Of a stretch of 64,000 nucleotides of DNA, positions 1 to 13,562 are shown in pieces. A program made the translations under genes and the position numbers. Position 1 is the first letter of the stretch, and each line of letters opens with the position of its first letter. The notes beneath the pieces are model-generated. The model was not told the DNA's origin. It ran no database searches and saw only the letters and a program-made list of their open reading frames with translations. Source of the DNA: Glaucostegus cemiculus (taxonomy: Eukaryota); contig CDPCPM010000011.1 in the NCBI GenBank assembly GCA_976551045.1, forward strand, positions 15,190,001-15,254,000, read 5' to 3'.

Positions 1-75
1 CTTAGAGCATGATAAAATGTCAGCACGACATTGTGGGCCAAAGGGCCTATTCTGTGCTGTGGTGTTCTATGTTCT
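1..75 (+). mobile_element. CR1-type LINE/SINE 3' tail
   Basis: gggccaaagggcctattctgtgctgt followed by the ttctatgttct tail; same tail as the CR1 copies at 1715 and 40575. Confidence 0.65.
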
Positions 76-84
76 TCATTTCTA

Positions 85-195
85 ACTCTTCCTAGTTCTG
101 ATGAATAGCCATCAACCAGCTACATTAACTTTGTTTTTCTCCACAGATGCTGTCTGACCTTCTGAGAATTTCTTGGGTTTTTTTGTATTTATTGC
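85..195 (+). mobile_element. Old Penelope-derived short repeat with decayed hammerhead motif
   Basis: AGTT-CTGATGA-...-AACT (94-130) followed by the family block ctccacagatgctgtctgaccttctgag. Confidence 0.6.
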
Positions 196-1714
196 TTATT
201 TCTGGTGTTTATTATTGGCATCTATTTTTGAAGGAAGGCCTTAAGTTATAGAATTTGGTTAACTTGATTAATAAAGAATAGTGGACTTTACTGACAAAAC
301 TATATTGAGGATGGCATAAGTCAATAAGTCCTGGGAACTTCAAAATGAATTGAATAAGATATTTAACTGGACAGAAAAATGGCATAAAGTAGATATAAAA
401 TGTTTAACATTATATATAAAGAGGAAATACAAGATCACACCTAACCAAAAGGTATTAGCACGATAAAACATAAATCTAACAGGTATAATGTGCAATGCTC
501 AATATACCCATTCTCTCCACAGCACCTGTAAATATAACTTAGCCATAGGTATTCCTGAACAAATATACATGCTCGCACACAGCTCTGCCCTCTGCCCCCT
601 ACCTCCAAAAAGGAATTCAGTGAAGAGGTTGATCCTTAACATCAGAAGACTTGAGTAATGAGGTGACTGAGAGGTGGCCTTGTTATATAGAAAGTGGTAA
701 GGACAAGGTGAACCCATAACATCATTTTCTGAAGGAGGTGAGGTTCCAGATACTGAAAACTTAGTTCAGAACTGATGTCATGAAGCTATTTTTGAAAGAA
801 AAACAATCAATTTCTGGAATGGACTATTGTGGGATTGTTGAAGAAACAGTTGGATACTTAATAGGAGAGTGTGTGATCTTTATGGATGGCTGAGCTAAGG
901 TTGTCTTCTGTATCTCTATATATCTGTATGTACCTTGTGATCAGATGACAGGTTGGAATGAGAAATATTGATTTTCCTTTACCTGGTCAATAACCTACAC
1001 CTCCAGGTGTTATTTCACCATTTCCAAATAATATTGCTTCATAAAATTTCAAAACAATTTAACAAACTATATTTGGAAACTGTACAGACTTCTAATTTAA
1101 CTTACTTAAAGGCATAGCAGCTGGAGTTCAGTCTTGAAATTAGGCTCTCCAAATATTAGTGTATGAATATTTAACCTGTGCATACACATTCTCCCCTGTC
1201 CTATTTTGATTGAAGCATTAGTGTATTAAAAATAAGTCTGTTCATGTCTGTTAGGCCAGGGAGGAGAGGGGAAATTAGTAAGTGTAGTCAGCATTTAACC
1301 ACATTCAGAAGCCATTTTCAAGGCACATGTACCCAATATTATGTTAGAATGAATAGCAGCTCGATTGGCATAAACAAAATCTATCAGTACTTTGTCCCAA
1401 CTGCTGCAATCAATACTTAAAAGGGAAGAAATGTCGAAAATATATATCACTTGTGAGCAACAAAGCTGACTGAATTTGCATCATGTTTTGCTTCACAAAC
1501 TGGAATTCGAGGAAGCAAAGTAGTCTGTAAGGAGACCGAAAGGAAGGTCAACAGATTTTAATCCTTTTGCCAGAATATCTTAATATCTGTTAATTTACTG
1601 ATTTATACTTGTTTACAGCAAAAGAAGTAATAAGTTTTTCAAGATTTATTTTTGGATAGCTTTCAGAAGTTAGAATGAGGGTCCCAGGGATTGGGTCAGA
1701 TTGGTAAGCAGTTA

Positions 1715-1890
1715 GAACATAGAACATAGATACCTACAGCACAATTCAGGCCCTTCGGCCCACAAAGCTGTACCGAACATATCCCCACACTATTAGGCTT
1801 ACCCATAACCTTCTATCTTATTTACCTCCATGTACCTATCCAACAGTCTCTTGAAAGACCCTAACGTATCCGCCTCCACCACCATCTCCG
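1715..1890 (-). mobile_element. 5'-truncated CR1 LINE 3' end with candidate 7-bp TSD
   Basis: (catagaa)n tail, aggcccttcggcccac hairpin; GCAGTTA at both 1708-1714 and 1891-1897. Confidence 0.8.
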
Positions 1891-2235
1891 GCAGTTACTT
1901 ATAAGTGTTAATCTTTCAATGTTTATATACAGAGAACAACTGTAAGCCACTGAGGTAGGTTACAGAAAGACACAATGTTGTGTAGAATACGTAAACTTGA
2001 TTGTACATAGGAGGACATTATTTTGAGGATGGAAAGATAAGAAAGTCAGGGAAAGCATGACATTAGAAGAATGCCTTAATTATAAAATATTGTGTAAGTG
2101 GTGGAGAGGTGAAATGTAGCGAAAGTGGTAAGTAATCTACCTAACACAGAATAGCAATACTTTGAAATAAAGATGGCAAAAAAAGACCAGCAGAGGAAAG
2201 AATTGTTATCTGCTTACTTTTGGAATTGTCCTGTA

Positions 2236-2546
2236 GACATAAGAGACTGCAGATGCTGAATCTAGAGCAACAAACAAGAAGCTGGAGGAAATCAACAGTC
2301 AGGCAGCATCTGTGGAGGGAAATGGACGGTCGACGTTTCGGGTTGAGACCCGTCATCTGGGCTGAAAGAGTAGAGGGGAGATACCCAGTATAGAGAGGTG
2401 AGGGGAAGGGGTGGAGCAAGAGCTGGTCGGCAATAGGTGGAGCCAGATGAAGAGGGTAGATGGAGGAAGGAAGTGTGGAAATGGTGACGGAGGCTGGGAG
2501 GTGGGTAGAGGCCATGACGGGCTGCAGATGATGGATTATGACAGGA
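2236..2546 (-). mobile_element. Penelope-derived short repeat (pLTR-like) with hammerhead motif
   Basis: Minus strand: pyrimidine-rich leader, then CAGATGA-C-GGGTCTCAACCC-GAAACGTC-GACC, then gtccatttccctccacagatgctgcctgac...ctccagc...cagcatctgcagtctc; homologous to 28210-28620 and 43303-43448. Confidence 0.75.
2328..2363 (-). ncRNA. Minimal type I hammerhead ribozyme motif (variant core, probably impaired)
   Basis: AGCC-CAGATGA-C-GGGT-CTCA-ACCC-GAAA-CGT-C-GACC: intact stem II, GAAA, palindromic ACGT stem III and GUC cleavage triplet; stem I has 2 mismatches. Confidence 0.55.
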
Positions 2547-3329
2547 AATGAAGGAAAATCGATACTATATCCTGTTGTGCTCTTTTACTCTCAAATTTCA
2601 CAAGACCACACTTTATATCTTGGGGCCTGTTTTATTAACACAGAAGGGTCATTCTGTAGTCTCATATGAAGATATCAAACCAGCTCCAAAGTTGCACAGG
2701 CAGACGATCTGCAGGCTTGGGTTGCGATATTTATCTCAGTAACATAATAGTCTTTAACCTGGTGGCAGAAGTAATATTCTACAGCATCATCTGGGAGCAG
2801 GGGACGTATTTTTGCATCAGTGTGTAGCTCGCAGAAAGGACATGGTAGTCTGTGTCAGCTGTACTCACACATAGCACATACGCTGCTAAAGACAATTGTG
2901 TTGAACCATATAAATAGTTAGGGCTTGAAATCTGATGCGCTAGTGTCACTGATCATTCCATGCCTATAGGCAGCTCTTATAAATGAGTGTAGATCACATG
3001 GTACATTTGCAAAATTCCATCAACTTCAGCAGGCAAGGAAGTGACAAGTGATGATGGGAGTCGATAATTACTTAGTTTGAGTAGGAATATATTATGTATG
3101 CAATGGATTCACAGAAATTTACTTGCTCAAAAATAACTTACTGCAGAAATTTGACGTTCAAAACAAAAACAAACTGAGAGCATTCTCCTAAAGTAAATTG
3201 AACATCCTTTAAAATTCCTCCCTTAAGAAAAGTGTTGCTGTTCTCAATATGTTTACCCTGAATGAGTAACACTTACACACTTACCTTGAAATTCAATTAC
3301 TTAACAAAGTTTTCGTCTGGGTGATGCAA

Positions 3330-3690
3330 TCTTCTCACAGCTACCATCAGGCAGGAGATACAGAAGCCTGACGTCCCACAACACCAGGTTCAAGAACAGC
3401 TACTTTCCATCAACCATTTGGCTATTGAACCAACTGGCACAACCTTTATTACTGCAGTTCAGCAACATTATGACCACTCTGATCACTTTGCACTAAAATG
3501 GACTTTTTAAAATTCTAATTGTATTTTTTCTTGCAAAAACTGTGCATAATTTATGTTTAATTTATGATTTTCTTGTGAATACTGCTTATCTGATGCTATG
3601 TGCCTGTGATGCTGCTGCAAGTAAGTTTTTCATTGGACCTGTGCACACATGGACTTGTGCATATGACAATAAACTCTGACTTTGACTTTC
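3330..3690 (+). mobile_element. Rex1/Babar-like LINE 3' end
   Basis: Encodes LPSGRRYRSLTSHNTRFKNSYFP, then a 3' UTR ending aataaa plus (tgactt)n; inverted homologue at 26338-26690. Confidence 0.75.
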
Positions 3691-5228
3691 AATGTTACAT
3701 AACAGAAAATCATAATCCCCCCGCCACAGAGTGAAACATGATATCAACCATTTCTTGGTCTGCTCATCTTTATTTTTGAAATTTAACAAGCACCAGCTGG
3801 CATAAACCACCCTTGCAACCTTGACACGATGTCTATGCCAGGGTGCACAGACTGAGGCAATTCCTTGTGGAACACTCCACTCATTGTGGAGAAGTTGCAG
3901 CACATTACCCTGGGAGTGTTCTCCTGGGATATCACGGGTTTCCCAGCAGTACATCAATTATGTGGTTCACCACATAAGCAAATTCCTTATGTTCATAGAT
4001 AGAAGCCCTCCAGCTGCACTGCTCCTCTCCCTTAACAAAGTTCCCAATTCCCACCACCCACACTCCCACGTGATCTCGACTCTGACCCCTCAGTACACTT
4101 CCCACTGAAAACGCTGGTCCTGAACTCCTCCTTCCCACGATTCATCTGCCCCCAGTTCCAATCCTATCTAATGTGCTGCTGGTCCCCTGTTCCCACTGCT
4201 ATCCAATATGCTGGCAGCGTCAGTTCCATCCACTATCACCCACTCAGATCTTAGACAATCTCAGCAGGATATAAACCATAAGTCTGACACTGGGCTAAAA
4301 TATTTATGCCCCTGTTTTCCAGGTTGTACTATTGTTTGGTTTCACTGAGTTCATGGTCATTGAATTCAATGAAATAATTTTGTACAAAAAAACTTGTGGA
4401 ATACAGCAAACTAGTGTATTGACAGAAGCAGCATTAATTATTGCTCAGTAAATGCAGAGTTGAACAGCAATCGCCAAAGGAACCTGACCCATTCCCTTTG
4501 TCTTTGGTCAAATCCAAAAATTTAAATAAGTTGTAGCCTTCTTCTCTCACTGGACTGTATATCCGGGTGAGCCATTGGAAGCTCAAATAGCCCCATGCTG
4601 AGCTTCAATTTTAATTATGGAATGAGTTAGAAAAATATAGCCAGAGTACACAAGCTTCCAGTTTATACCAAAGGAGAATTATCTGCATCCCAGTTAGTTT
4701 TGGGATGTTTTACAGGAACAGCTTCCTTGAAAAACCTCTACTTTTAACCTTGATCCTCAGCGTAAATTACCGTTATCAAAATTGCATAATGCATAAAATC
4801 AGAGACTGGGCTAAAATATCTTTGTTCTAACTTTCAATCAGTATCATTGCATGGATTCACTGAGAGTTCAGGGTCTCTGAATCCGAAGGAAGATTAAAAA
4901 AAAATTTTTAAATAATTTCGTACAAAAAACAGAAACACAATTGTCATGGTGACAACAGGAAACATCGCAATTCCCATCCTACCAGTATCAGAAATCAAGT
5001 TCTTGCAGAAATGACTACACACACCCCATCTTCTTGGGCATGGACAACAGCAGCCTTCATCCACTTTAGAATAGAATTTGTGTAGTTTTTTTGATTGCCT
5101 TTCAAATTTGATTGCTTCTCAGATTTATGTCACACAGTTTGCAAAAACGTACAACAGTGGGAAAGGCACATCTACTATTAAGAAAAAACTTGATTTTTCC
5201 AGTAACATGCATAAGGTCTGTGCCTTAC

Positions 5229-5462
5229 CTGTGCTGAGGTGCTTTTCAGTTTCTCTAATCCATTCTCCAAACGTTCCATCTTAGCCATGAGCTCTTTACT
5301 CTTCTTAGCTAGTAGGTTTTGATACAGCTTAATTTGTTCAAGGAATGACTTAGGTGTAGTATAATTGTATCGCCGGTCATTAATTAAATAGGACTTGGAT
5401 GTCTCATTGACACTGGTGTGCACATATGCCATGAACTTGCTGACAGATTCTTTAATTGAAGG
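5229..5462 (-). CDS. DNAH9: Dynein heavy chain exon K (234 nt), AAA4 end and start of stalk coiled coil
   Basis: ctctttag|CCTTCA...GCACAG|gtaagg; [78 protein letters not shown]; phase 0 to 0. Confidence 0.96.
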
Positions 5463-6379
5463 CTAAAGAGAAAGGAAAAGTTATGAGAGGAACACATTAT
5501 GACAATGTCTTCTAATGACAGGAAATAAGGTGTTTCTGTTATTGGCTGAAATATCATCATCAGGGGCAAAACTACTAGGCATTCACATATAACTAGGACT
5601 CATATAGAATGCATCACCTTCGGCCAATATAAACAGCATTTCTAAATCAAGGACAACACCAATTCCAACCATGCAGTTTGAGAAATCATGATTTTTTCAA
5701 AGAGTTAAGAACATGGACAGTAATTAGATGTTTAAATTTATCAGCATTTCATCTACTTACACTTGAACAGGACCATCATTTCAGTATAGCTGCAAAACAA
5801 TGTCATACACCAGGCCTTAGATAACCAAATACCCACAACATTACATTTTTACTCATTTATCTCTATGCAGAAAATGGGAAATTAATTCAAATGAGACTAA
5901 TTTTCCTTTGAAGAATAAATCTCTCTGAAAGCAATTCATTATAGAGGTGTTCTAAAATCAAATCATTATAGAGATTTCATTGCTATTTTTATTTTAAATA
6001 TTGAATGCTAGATATGTTACCGAAGGAAGAAAGTCCATCTTTATTCATGCATATCTGCTGATGCACATAAGGCATACAAACTAGTTCTTTTAATCAAAGA
6101 TATATTTATAAAGGAACACTATTATGGGAGCAGATTCTAAAAGTGCAGGGATATGCAAGCTACATCTGGAGTGGATAATGCTTACGTAGACTCAAATGAG
6201 TTAAAGTAGATTTGTAGGATTCCCCGACTTGCCCCTGCTTTCCATCAATCTAAATTACAATGTCTTCTTTCTTCCCAAAAGACTATGCCCTTGTTTTATT
6301 TTAAATTGCTAATTTATTCTATCCTAAAATGTTATTTTCTCTGATAATTTATCTAATTTACATTTGAATGAATCAAGAA

Positions 6380-6740
6380 ATTGCACCAGCTCCCCTGATC
6401 TATTGCTCGATCAATCGCCATCTCACTGAAATAATGTTCCTGCATTTTAGTTGTGAGTTTACCTTTCTCAAAACACATGCTCTGTTTTTGTTGCTGCAAA
6501 CAAGGTAAAATAGCTAACGATAGTCTGTATTATTAAGTTCATTTCGAATCCTAAAAATAATGATCACACATCACTGATCAATTCTCTCTTCTCCAGGGAG
6601 GACAAGCCCAATTTATATAATTGCTCCTCAGAATCCAGTTCTTCCATCCCTTCAATCATTCCACTTGCTTTCTTTTCATCCTTTCATTTGGTGTAATATT
6701 CCTGTTCCACTCTGGTGACCAGAAGTGTGTACAGTGATTA
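6380..6740 (-). mobile_element. Old CR1 LINE RT C-terminal fragment
   Basis: Reverse complement resembles the decayed YCVQFWSP...LGLFSLE region seen in the better copy at 40575-41110. Confidence 0.45.
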
Positions 6741-7547
6741 TTAAATTCAATGTGAATATTTAACTTAAATGTACTTTTGATGTCTTGTGCAAGTCTCAGG
6801 CTACATTAACTGCAACTATGTGGATTCCACTTTCTGATTGCTGTCCAAACATGTAATTTCCTTAATTGCCACATTTTAAAAAAGCAGTTCATTTGGAAAG
6901 ATATGAATATCATCTACAAGAAACACAATTCCTAGCCTATTCTCCTACTTTCATTTAAATGGACAAACCACTTTTTAAGCTGAGTGCAGCAAAATATTAT
7001 TTAATCTTCAAAAGGAAATCTGAGAATTGTCTAATAGTCATCAGCTATCTACTTCTTGCACTTGTGCACAGCGATGCAATAGGAGCTTTATTAGATCACA
7101 TGAATTCTTGATTCCAGGAACTTACCCACAGAAGATATTAAAACTGCAAGCTCTCTTTTCACATTGTTTCTGCACAGTGCAAGTGATTATTACACTGTAC
7201 TATGTAGTCATTATCCTACTGTTTCTATCCATTACTTTGTCCATAAATACAGTATAGTATGTGTCATTTTAATCTCAATGCAAAATCCAATGATTCACTT
7301 TTAGAAGTGATCTGAGATCAAGTGGGTTGCGGTTTCTGTTGGATTAATTGATGTGGGCTAAATTGGCAGATCTATACAGGTTAATAAAAATGCAACTTTC
7401 AGTTCATAAGGTGATCTGATCTGCTGCTGAAACACATCACCCAGAAGGGAAGCTGCTGAGGAAAAGTTCACAAGGTATCATCAACTACTGTATTCAAAAC
7501 ACACCAACTGACTCTGTCAATTGTGCAACCACTCATAATGATCTTAC

Positions 7548-7709
7548 ATCCACATTGTCAGTCTCCTGTAGGAAGCGCAGGCTGACAGACTCCAAAGCTT
7601 CCTGAGGCCACTCATGAAACCAGTCTATTGCAGTGCAGTTGACGACAGCGGGGAACTTCCTACCGCGAACCCGCAACTTGTTACCAACAGGTGAGAAACA
7701 CAAAGCGAC
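7548..7709 (-). CDS. DNAH9: Dynein heavy chain exon J (162 nt), AAA4; not in the ORF track
   Basis: cacacag|GTCGCT...GTGGAT|gtaag; [54 protein letters not shown]; phase 0 to 0. Confidence 0.96.
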
Positions 7710-9149
7710 CTGTGTGGAAACAACAGGAAATCATTTTGCTGGCATTTAATAGGACAGGATATGTATTGTGGTTTTATTTGCTAAAACTAAGCTTTTGTTT
7801 CCAGTGTCTTTGAATGGTAATAGTCTGATGTGACATTGCATAGGTTTAAAGTGAGTCACTGCTCATTAATTCTCACAGTTACATGGTCTGGGATCAGAGA
7901 TGTAAAATTCTCAGCAGATCAAATTTAAAAATATTCAGTGGAATAAAATCACTGGTTCCACATGGCAGAGGCAGATTGATTGATAGATAAAGTTGGCAAT
8001 CTTCAGTTGCTTTGTACATAACACATAGTGGATAGGTTTCATTACTGTCACTGAACCAAGAACCTACACAGTTACTTCATTGCTATCTCCAAAGTTCTCA
8101 TGCAGCTAAGTTGTTTCGTTTCAGAACTCCCTACTTCAAATGGATGGATTAAAAGTAACATCCTTCCAAAATATGTATCGGCTTTATTAGTTTTCCAATA
8201 ATTAATTGTAATAACATTTGGGAAGTCTTCATCGCTAACAAACTTTTTCAGTGTGAACCTCATTATATCAATGCTGTCGTGTAAACTGACATTCATCATT
8301 AGCAGAGAGATATGCAGGAGGGCCCAAAACACAATTGTTCAGATTTTGATGGCAAGTACCAAAAGCTCCTTAATGGAATCACTGGCATTAAAGCACGTGT
8401 AGTTAAACTCAGAAGTCCCAAACTTACTAAAAATACAGTGCACCATTATGCTTTAATGCTTTCTGCCATCAGTCATGTCACAGAGTCCAGCAGCACAGAC
8501 CAATCTTTTGGATTTTGGCTTCAGGACCTGCAGAAACATCCTCAGCCCATTAATTTCAATGGAGATTGTTGGACTGCAGAGAAGGAAAGGGAAAGATAGA
8601 TTCCCTTTTCTTTATTTGTCTTTATTTAAAGATTTTAGTTATTATGTGCTATAGGTAATTTTATAAAATAAAAATGTACTAATTTATCTAATGTTTAATA
8701 GTTGTTGTATTCTCATAGTTAGAAGTATTCAGAAACTTGTAACTTGATCAGCTGACAAAGCCGGGGATGTAACTTTGCTTGATGACAAGTCCTTCAAGAG
8801 AATTTAGTGGGCAGGGTTTCTCCTATGCACTGTTTGTGCCCTTGCCACCACTCAGGTTTCATTGGTGAATGGACACACTGCATCGAATCAGAACAGTTCA
8901 GGCACGTGGGTGGTAATTGTAGACAGAGTCCACATCACAATATTTGCCTTAATATGCTTATGTTAAGTCACGGATAAAATGAACATTGTATCATCAGTAT
9001 TTCTGGTGATTCAAATAATTAGAAAGAGTTCCTGTTTTAATATCAGTTCACGTCACATTATGAAAATATTGCAATCAAGTAATGGTTTAGACTTAACTTC
9101 AGATTGTTCACTATGTATAAGTGCTAGAGACAGGTGTCAGATTCATTTA

Positions 9150-9365
9150 ATACTATTGTCTCGCAGTGCCAGAGGCCCAGGTTCAATCCTGACTGCTGGT
9201 GGGGTGGAGTTTGCACATTCTCCATGTGACTGTGTGGGCTTCCCCCAGGTCCATCCTCCAACTTCCCAAAGACATGCTGGTTCACAGGTTAACTGGCCAC
9301 TGTAAATTATCCCTAATGTAGGTGGGTGGTAGGAAAATTGGGGGGTGGTGCGGACGGGGGAGTCG
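9150..9365 (+). mobile_element. HE1-like tRNA-derived V-SINE (partial)
   Basis: B-box GGTTCAATCC, V-domain tggagtttgcacattctccatgtgactgtgtggg...cccaaagacatgctgg...ggccactgtaaatt. Confidence 0.75.
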
Positions 9366-11766
9366 GTTCCGGATACAAGAACTTTTCTTCTTAGTGGGCT
9401 TTGATGGACACTTAATCATTCTAAGCTGTTGTTATAGTTAGTTATTAATTTATCATGGCATAGAACCGATGGGTATGTTTGTTTTGGAAAAGCCATTTAA
9501 TTCTTCCTGGATTAAAAAATGAACTCTCGCACTCCAGCACAGTAGCCTGGTCACATGTTCATGTAACTAAAAGCAGCAGGAGGCTCCAGTCATGCTCGCT
9601 TTCAGCAAGCCACAGCATAACTCCGCATGTATTACCTTATAGTTCCTTACGATATACGAGTCATTCAACACATCACATCTATGCAATCCCATGATTCTTA
9701 ATGGCTCAGAATTTCCTGGGAGCTGAGAAGCATAACACTAATCTACCTGGTAAATCTGCTTCAAACTTGAGCAGATTCCATGGGTGAGGATTTACTGAAT
9801 TAAGCTGGCTTAATGAGTAAAGGTCATATACGCCACAGAAATGCTTTGACAACTGTTCAAGCCATCTCTACAGACTGATCCAGCTGTCAGAGCTGAGTAG
9901 CAGCTTGTAAATTTGTCTCTGACATTCAAAACTATTTGAAATTATGGTATGACTTCTGGTGGCTGATCAAGTAACTCCTTTCTATTTGACTGCAGTATCT
10001 CTGTAGCTGGGAGGTCTTACCTTTAAGGCAAAACTTTCTTGCAATAAACAATAGAAAGAGCTTCTACAATGAGCTGAGAATGAGTTTCACGTTACCCTCC
10101 TTTGCACAAAAAGTACTTCAGCTCTCTTCTGAACTCCTGTCTGGTTTCTTTGCCAGCTGTTTGATAATTATTTTAAAGGCATAGTTTTGAATTACATTCC
10201 AGATTATTAAATGCAGTTCCATTAATTACAATGGATTAATTTACTTCAATAGGATTTCAGGTGAGAAGCTAATTCAATGTAATTACACATTTACAATAGG
10301 ATGCATTCTAGGCTGGGAAAAAATAACAGTAAAACATTTGCAGCACCTGTTTACTGCTAGTGAACCAAGCTTGGTATTGGTTTTACTGCATGTTACTATC
10401 ACCAAAAGTTTCTTGAAATAAATTCAAATATTGAGTCTCTATTTTAATATAATGTGAATACCATATGGACAATCAAAACCAACAGGACACCAGACATTTC
10501 TCTCTCTCTGTCACACATTTTCACAGCATATGCATTTGCAGAGTCTATTTTCTCTTAAAACATTCTGGGCTAAGGCACCTTTGGTCAATTTCTGGAATTA
10601 TGGAGAACAAACTCTCTTACAGTACAATTTCCTGCACTATCACTCAGCCCCATTAACATGGATACAGTTAGCCACTGTTCTTGCAGTTATTACCATGCCT
10701 CCAACTGGTTCAGAAGGCAAATTTCCTCCATAACTGCAGGCAGTTTACACTGTGCCACTGGACTCTAGAGTCAGTTTTGAAACCACTGATCAACTCTGAG
10801 GAAGTTTGTGACCTCCATTCTTGTGTGAGCTTGAGTATGAGTCATGCATTTTACAGTAGTTAGCGAGTTAAATGGAAACAGTTCTGCATTCTTATCAGGA
10901 AATTTCAGGCCATTCTATTTACAGCTATTGAATAAAATGTTATCCACTTTTACACACAAATGTCTTTGGATGAACCTGATAATGGCATATGATAGCAGAA
11001 CATCAATACTGCATCAACAGATAAACTGACAGTCCAAATTGAACCTCTAATCCATTTTACAATATGTATGATTTACAATTTTATCTGCCCGGTGTAAATC
11101 GGTAAATACTTTGAAGAATCAGCTCTCACTAAGTCCATTTCCATACACTAGAACTCTGCACCTACCCATGTGTTATTTGGTGTAAGCTTCGGACTGCAGT
11201 TTAGACTGTCTTAGTATGTGGGAAACAAATTACTTTCTATGCTTTTATCTGAGAAATTGTTCAAATACAGATCATACAGATGGTTGAAACCCTTATCTAT
11301 CTGTGTGTTATTAATAATACAAAAGAAAATGAGGTTAGACAATCTTAACCCAATTCTCAGCAGAGACAATTTGTCCCTAAATTTGCACAAATTGGTACTT
11401 TAACTTGGAGGGTGCCAAGATGGAGAGTGGGCTAAGCTTTCTCAAATGTTTAATCTTTCATTAGAAACGTTCCATCCATCTTTCATTTGGTAAGTTACAC
11501 TGTTGTGCATCATATTATTTTCTATTTTATCTGCACAAATATAATTTACTATTTGTGAGTTAACTCAAACCATTTTCCATTTAATTTGAATTCCTCTATA
11601 CCAGTAGTCAATGTAATACTTACAGACAAAAATGTTTCTTCATTTAATAATAAAAGAATTGCCAAATCAATCATTAACTAATATCACTACATCATCTACA
11701 AACATCATTTCCAATCGTCCAGTCAATTTTGGGAATGGACTACCATTTTCTTTGTTTCAGCATTAC

Positions 11767-11909
11767 CTTTAGTTGCTTCCTGACACGATCTATGAAGAAT
11801 TTCCAGCAATTCTCTCTAGTATCCATCAATCCCTGACCTTTGACTTCATTCCGCACACTGCTGATGATATTTTCCACTTCATCATCGGGGAACAGGTCAG
11901 GAATTTCAC
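11767..11909 (-). CDS. DNAH9: Dynein heavy chain exon I (143 nt), AAA4; not in the ORF track
   Basis: catctag|GTGAAA...CTAAAG|gtaatg; [48 protein letters not shown]; phase 1 to 0. Confidence 0.95.
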
Positions 11910-13244
11910 CTAGATGTGTGGAGACAGGGAGTGGGATTGGGTGAACAGGGAATAAAGGGGGGTTGGGTGGTTGTTGGAGTTGTTAGTAATTTGTACAGGA
12001 GAACTGAATGATGGTCAGTACTGAAAAGTGATATACTAAAAACATCCTGTGGAATTCATGTAAATATTGCACTGCCTATTTCTCAATTGGTGCAAAGGTT
12101 TTTTTTCTGGAGAAGTTAAGTTTTGCTTTAACTTCTTTCTTAAAAGGCATCTTTACAGTTAATACACAGTGATAAAATGGAAAGTTAATTTATAATAGCT
12201 CTCTGATCAAGGGCACCTTACAAACACAAAGCTGGAGACAGAATGGAAGTCACACAAATCATATTGATGTAAGTGTTAACATTTTGAAATACCTCCCATT
12301 TACTAAAACATCTAATATCATTTCATCTCTGCTTACACAGTTTCATTAGCACATTGTGAACAAACCACACAATTCAGGTTTCTCTGTACATACTACAATC
12401 ATAATGCCTTTGGCACATTGATTTCAGGGGGGGAAAAAACTTTAATAGTCATACATAAAACTCTGCAAAATTTCACACATTTTTTTCCTTCCAGAAGGAG
12501 GTGAACACATTCATAGCTGGGCAGATGCTGGATGATATAGAAGATACGTGGATTAAAAGATTATATATTCATGGTCAATATAATATCCTGGTTTTGACTG
12601 AGGGCGTTGGAGAGAATTTTCTCTAAAATATTTTCTTCCCTTTTGGGGGTCACAATTTTTCTTTGTCTCTCCCAACGAGGCGACCTAGTTGTAGTCAAGA
12701 GACAAGAAGTGTTTATTCATGATGCTGCAACAATTTTGTGTGTGGGACAGTCTTGATGGACCATTTGCTTTTTTTCTCTCTACATACATTTCAGTAGTAT
12801 TAATGAAACAAAGCAATTTTTAAAAATAAAAATCAGCAGGAGAGGGAAACTATTTTCAATGCATGCAATTGAAATTTGAAAAATGCATTTCTTCTCTGTA
12901 TCTGAATTCCATGTGTGGCTAATGGAATACAATTCCCAACATGTTTGAAGGGAAAATGGTTGAGGTGTATGAAGGCAACATTCAGCCTAATCATGCAGGT
13001 GTACATGATTAGACCATTTACTCAGGAAGATGGTAAATTCTATGTATCCCTTTGAAGGTATTTCTAATGCTGCTGAGCTAATGATGTCCATTTGAATGCA
13101 ATGGTAGCATTTTTTGATAAGGAATTTTAATATTGCTTTTGATATAGCTCATTTGAAATTACTACTCTGAGATATTTTCAGAACTTGAAAATAGAGAATA
13201 TTTTGCTCTTCTGAGTAAAGGTTATTACCTTAGTCACAGAGATG

Positions 13245-13562
13245 GAGATATACAGGCCAGAAACAGGCCCCTTGGCCCACTAAGTCCATGCTGACCACTA
13301 AGCATCCATTTTTACAGTAATCCTACCACGACTCATTTTATTCTCCCCACATTCCCATCAACCGTCCCTTGATTCTACTTCTTACCTACAAACTAGGGGC
13401 AATTTTACAGTGGCTAATTAACCCACCAACGCATATATTTTGGGGTGTGGGAGGCAACCACAGCAGTCTGCAGAAACCCATGAGAATACAGAGAAAACAC
13501 GTATCAGAGGTCAGGACTCAACTAGTTTGCCGAAGCTGTGAGGCTGCAGCTCTGCCCACTAC
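13245..13562 (-). mobile_element. HE1-like V-SINE with CR1-type tail
   Basis: aaacaggccccttggcccac tail, ggggcaattttacagtggctaattaacc, decayed B-box region gaggtcaggactcaac. Confidence 0.7.

Noticed and set aside
3586-3650. Shared peptide MKNLLAAxSQAHSIR in ORFs at 3586 and 26292 suggesting a duplicated micro-protein
   Set aside because: Both are the antisense reading of the same Rex/Babar 3' UTR family.
1-5228. Next dynein exon (expected to begin roughly VDDLKAKLA)
   Set aside because: Not found on the minus strand by eye; presumably beyond the window start. Likewise no upstream exon was seen in 62697-64000.
11912-11985. G-rich tract (possible G-quadruplex) beside exon I
   Set aside because: On the transcribed strand it is a C-rich polypyrimidine/branch region of a normal AG acceptor; no evidence of a separate function.
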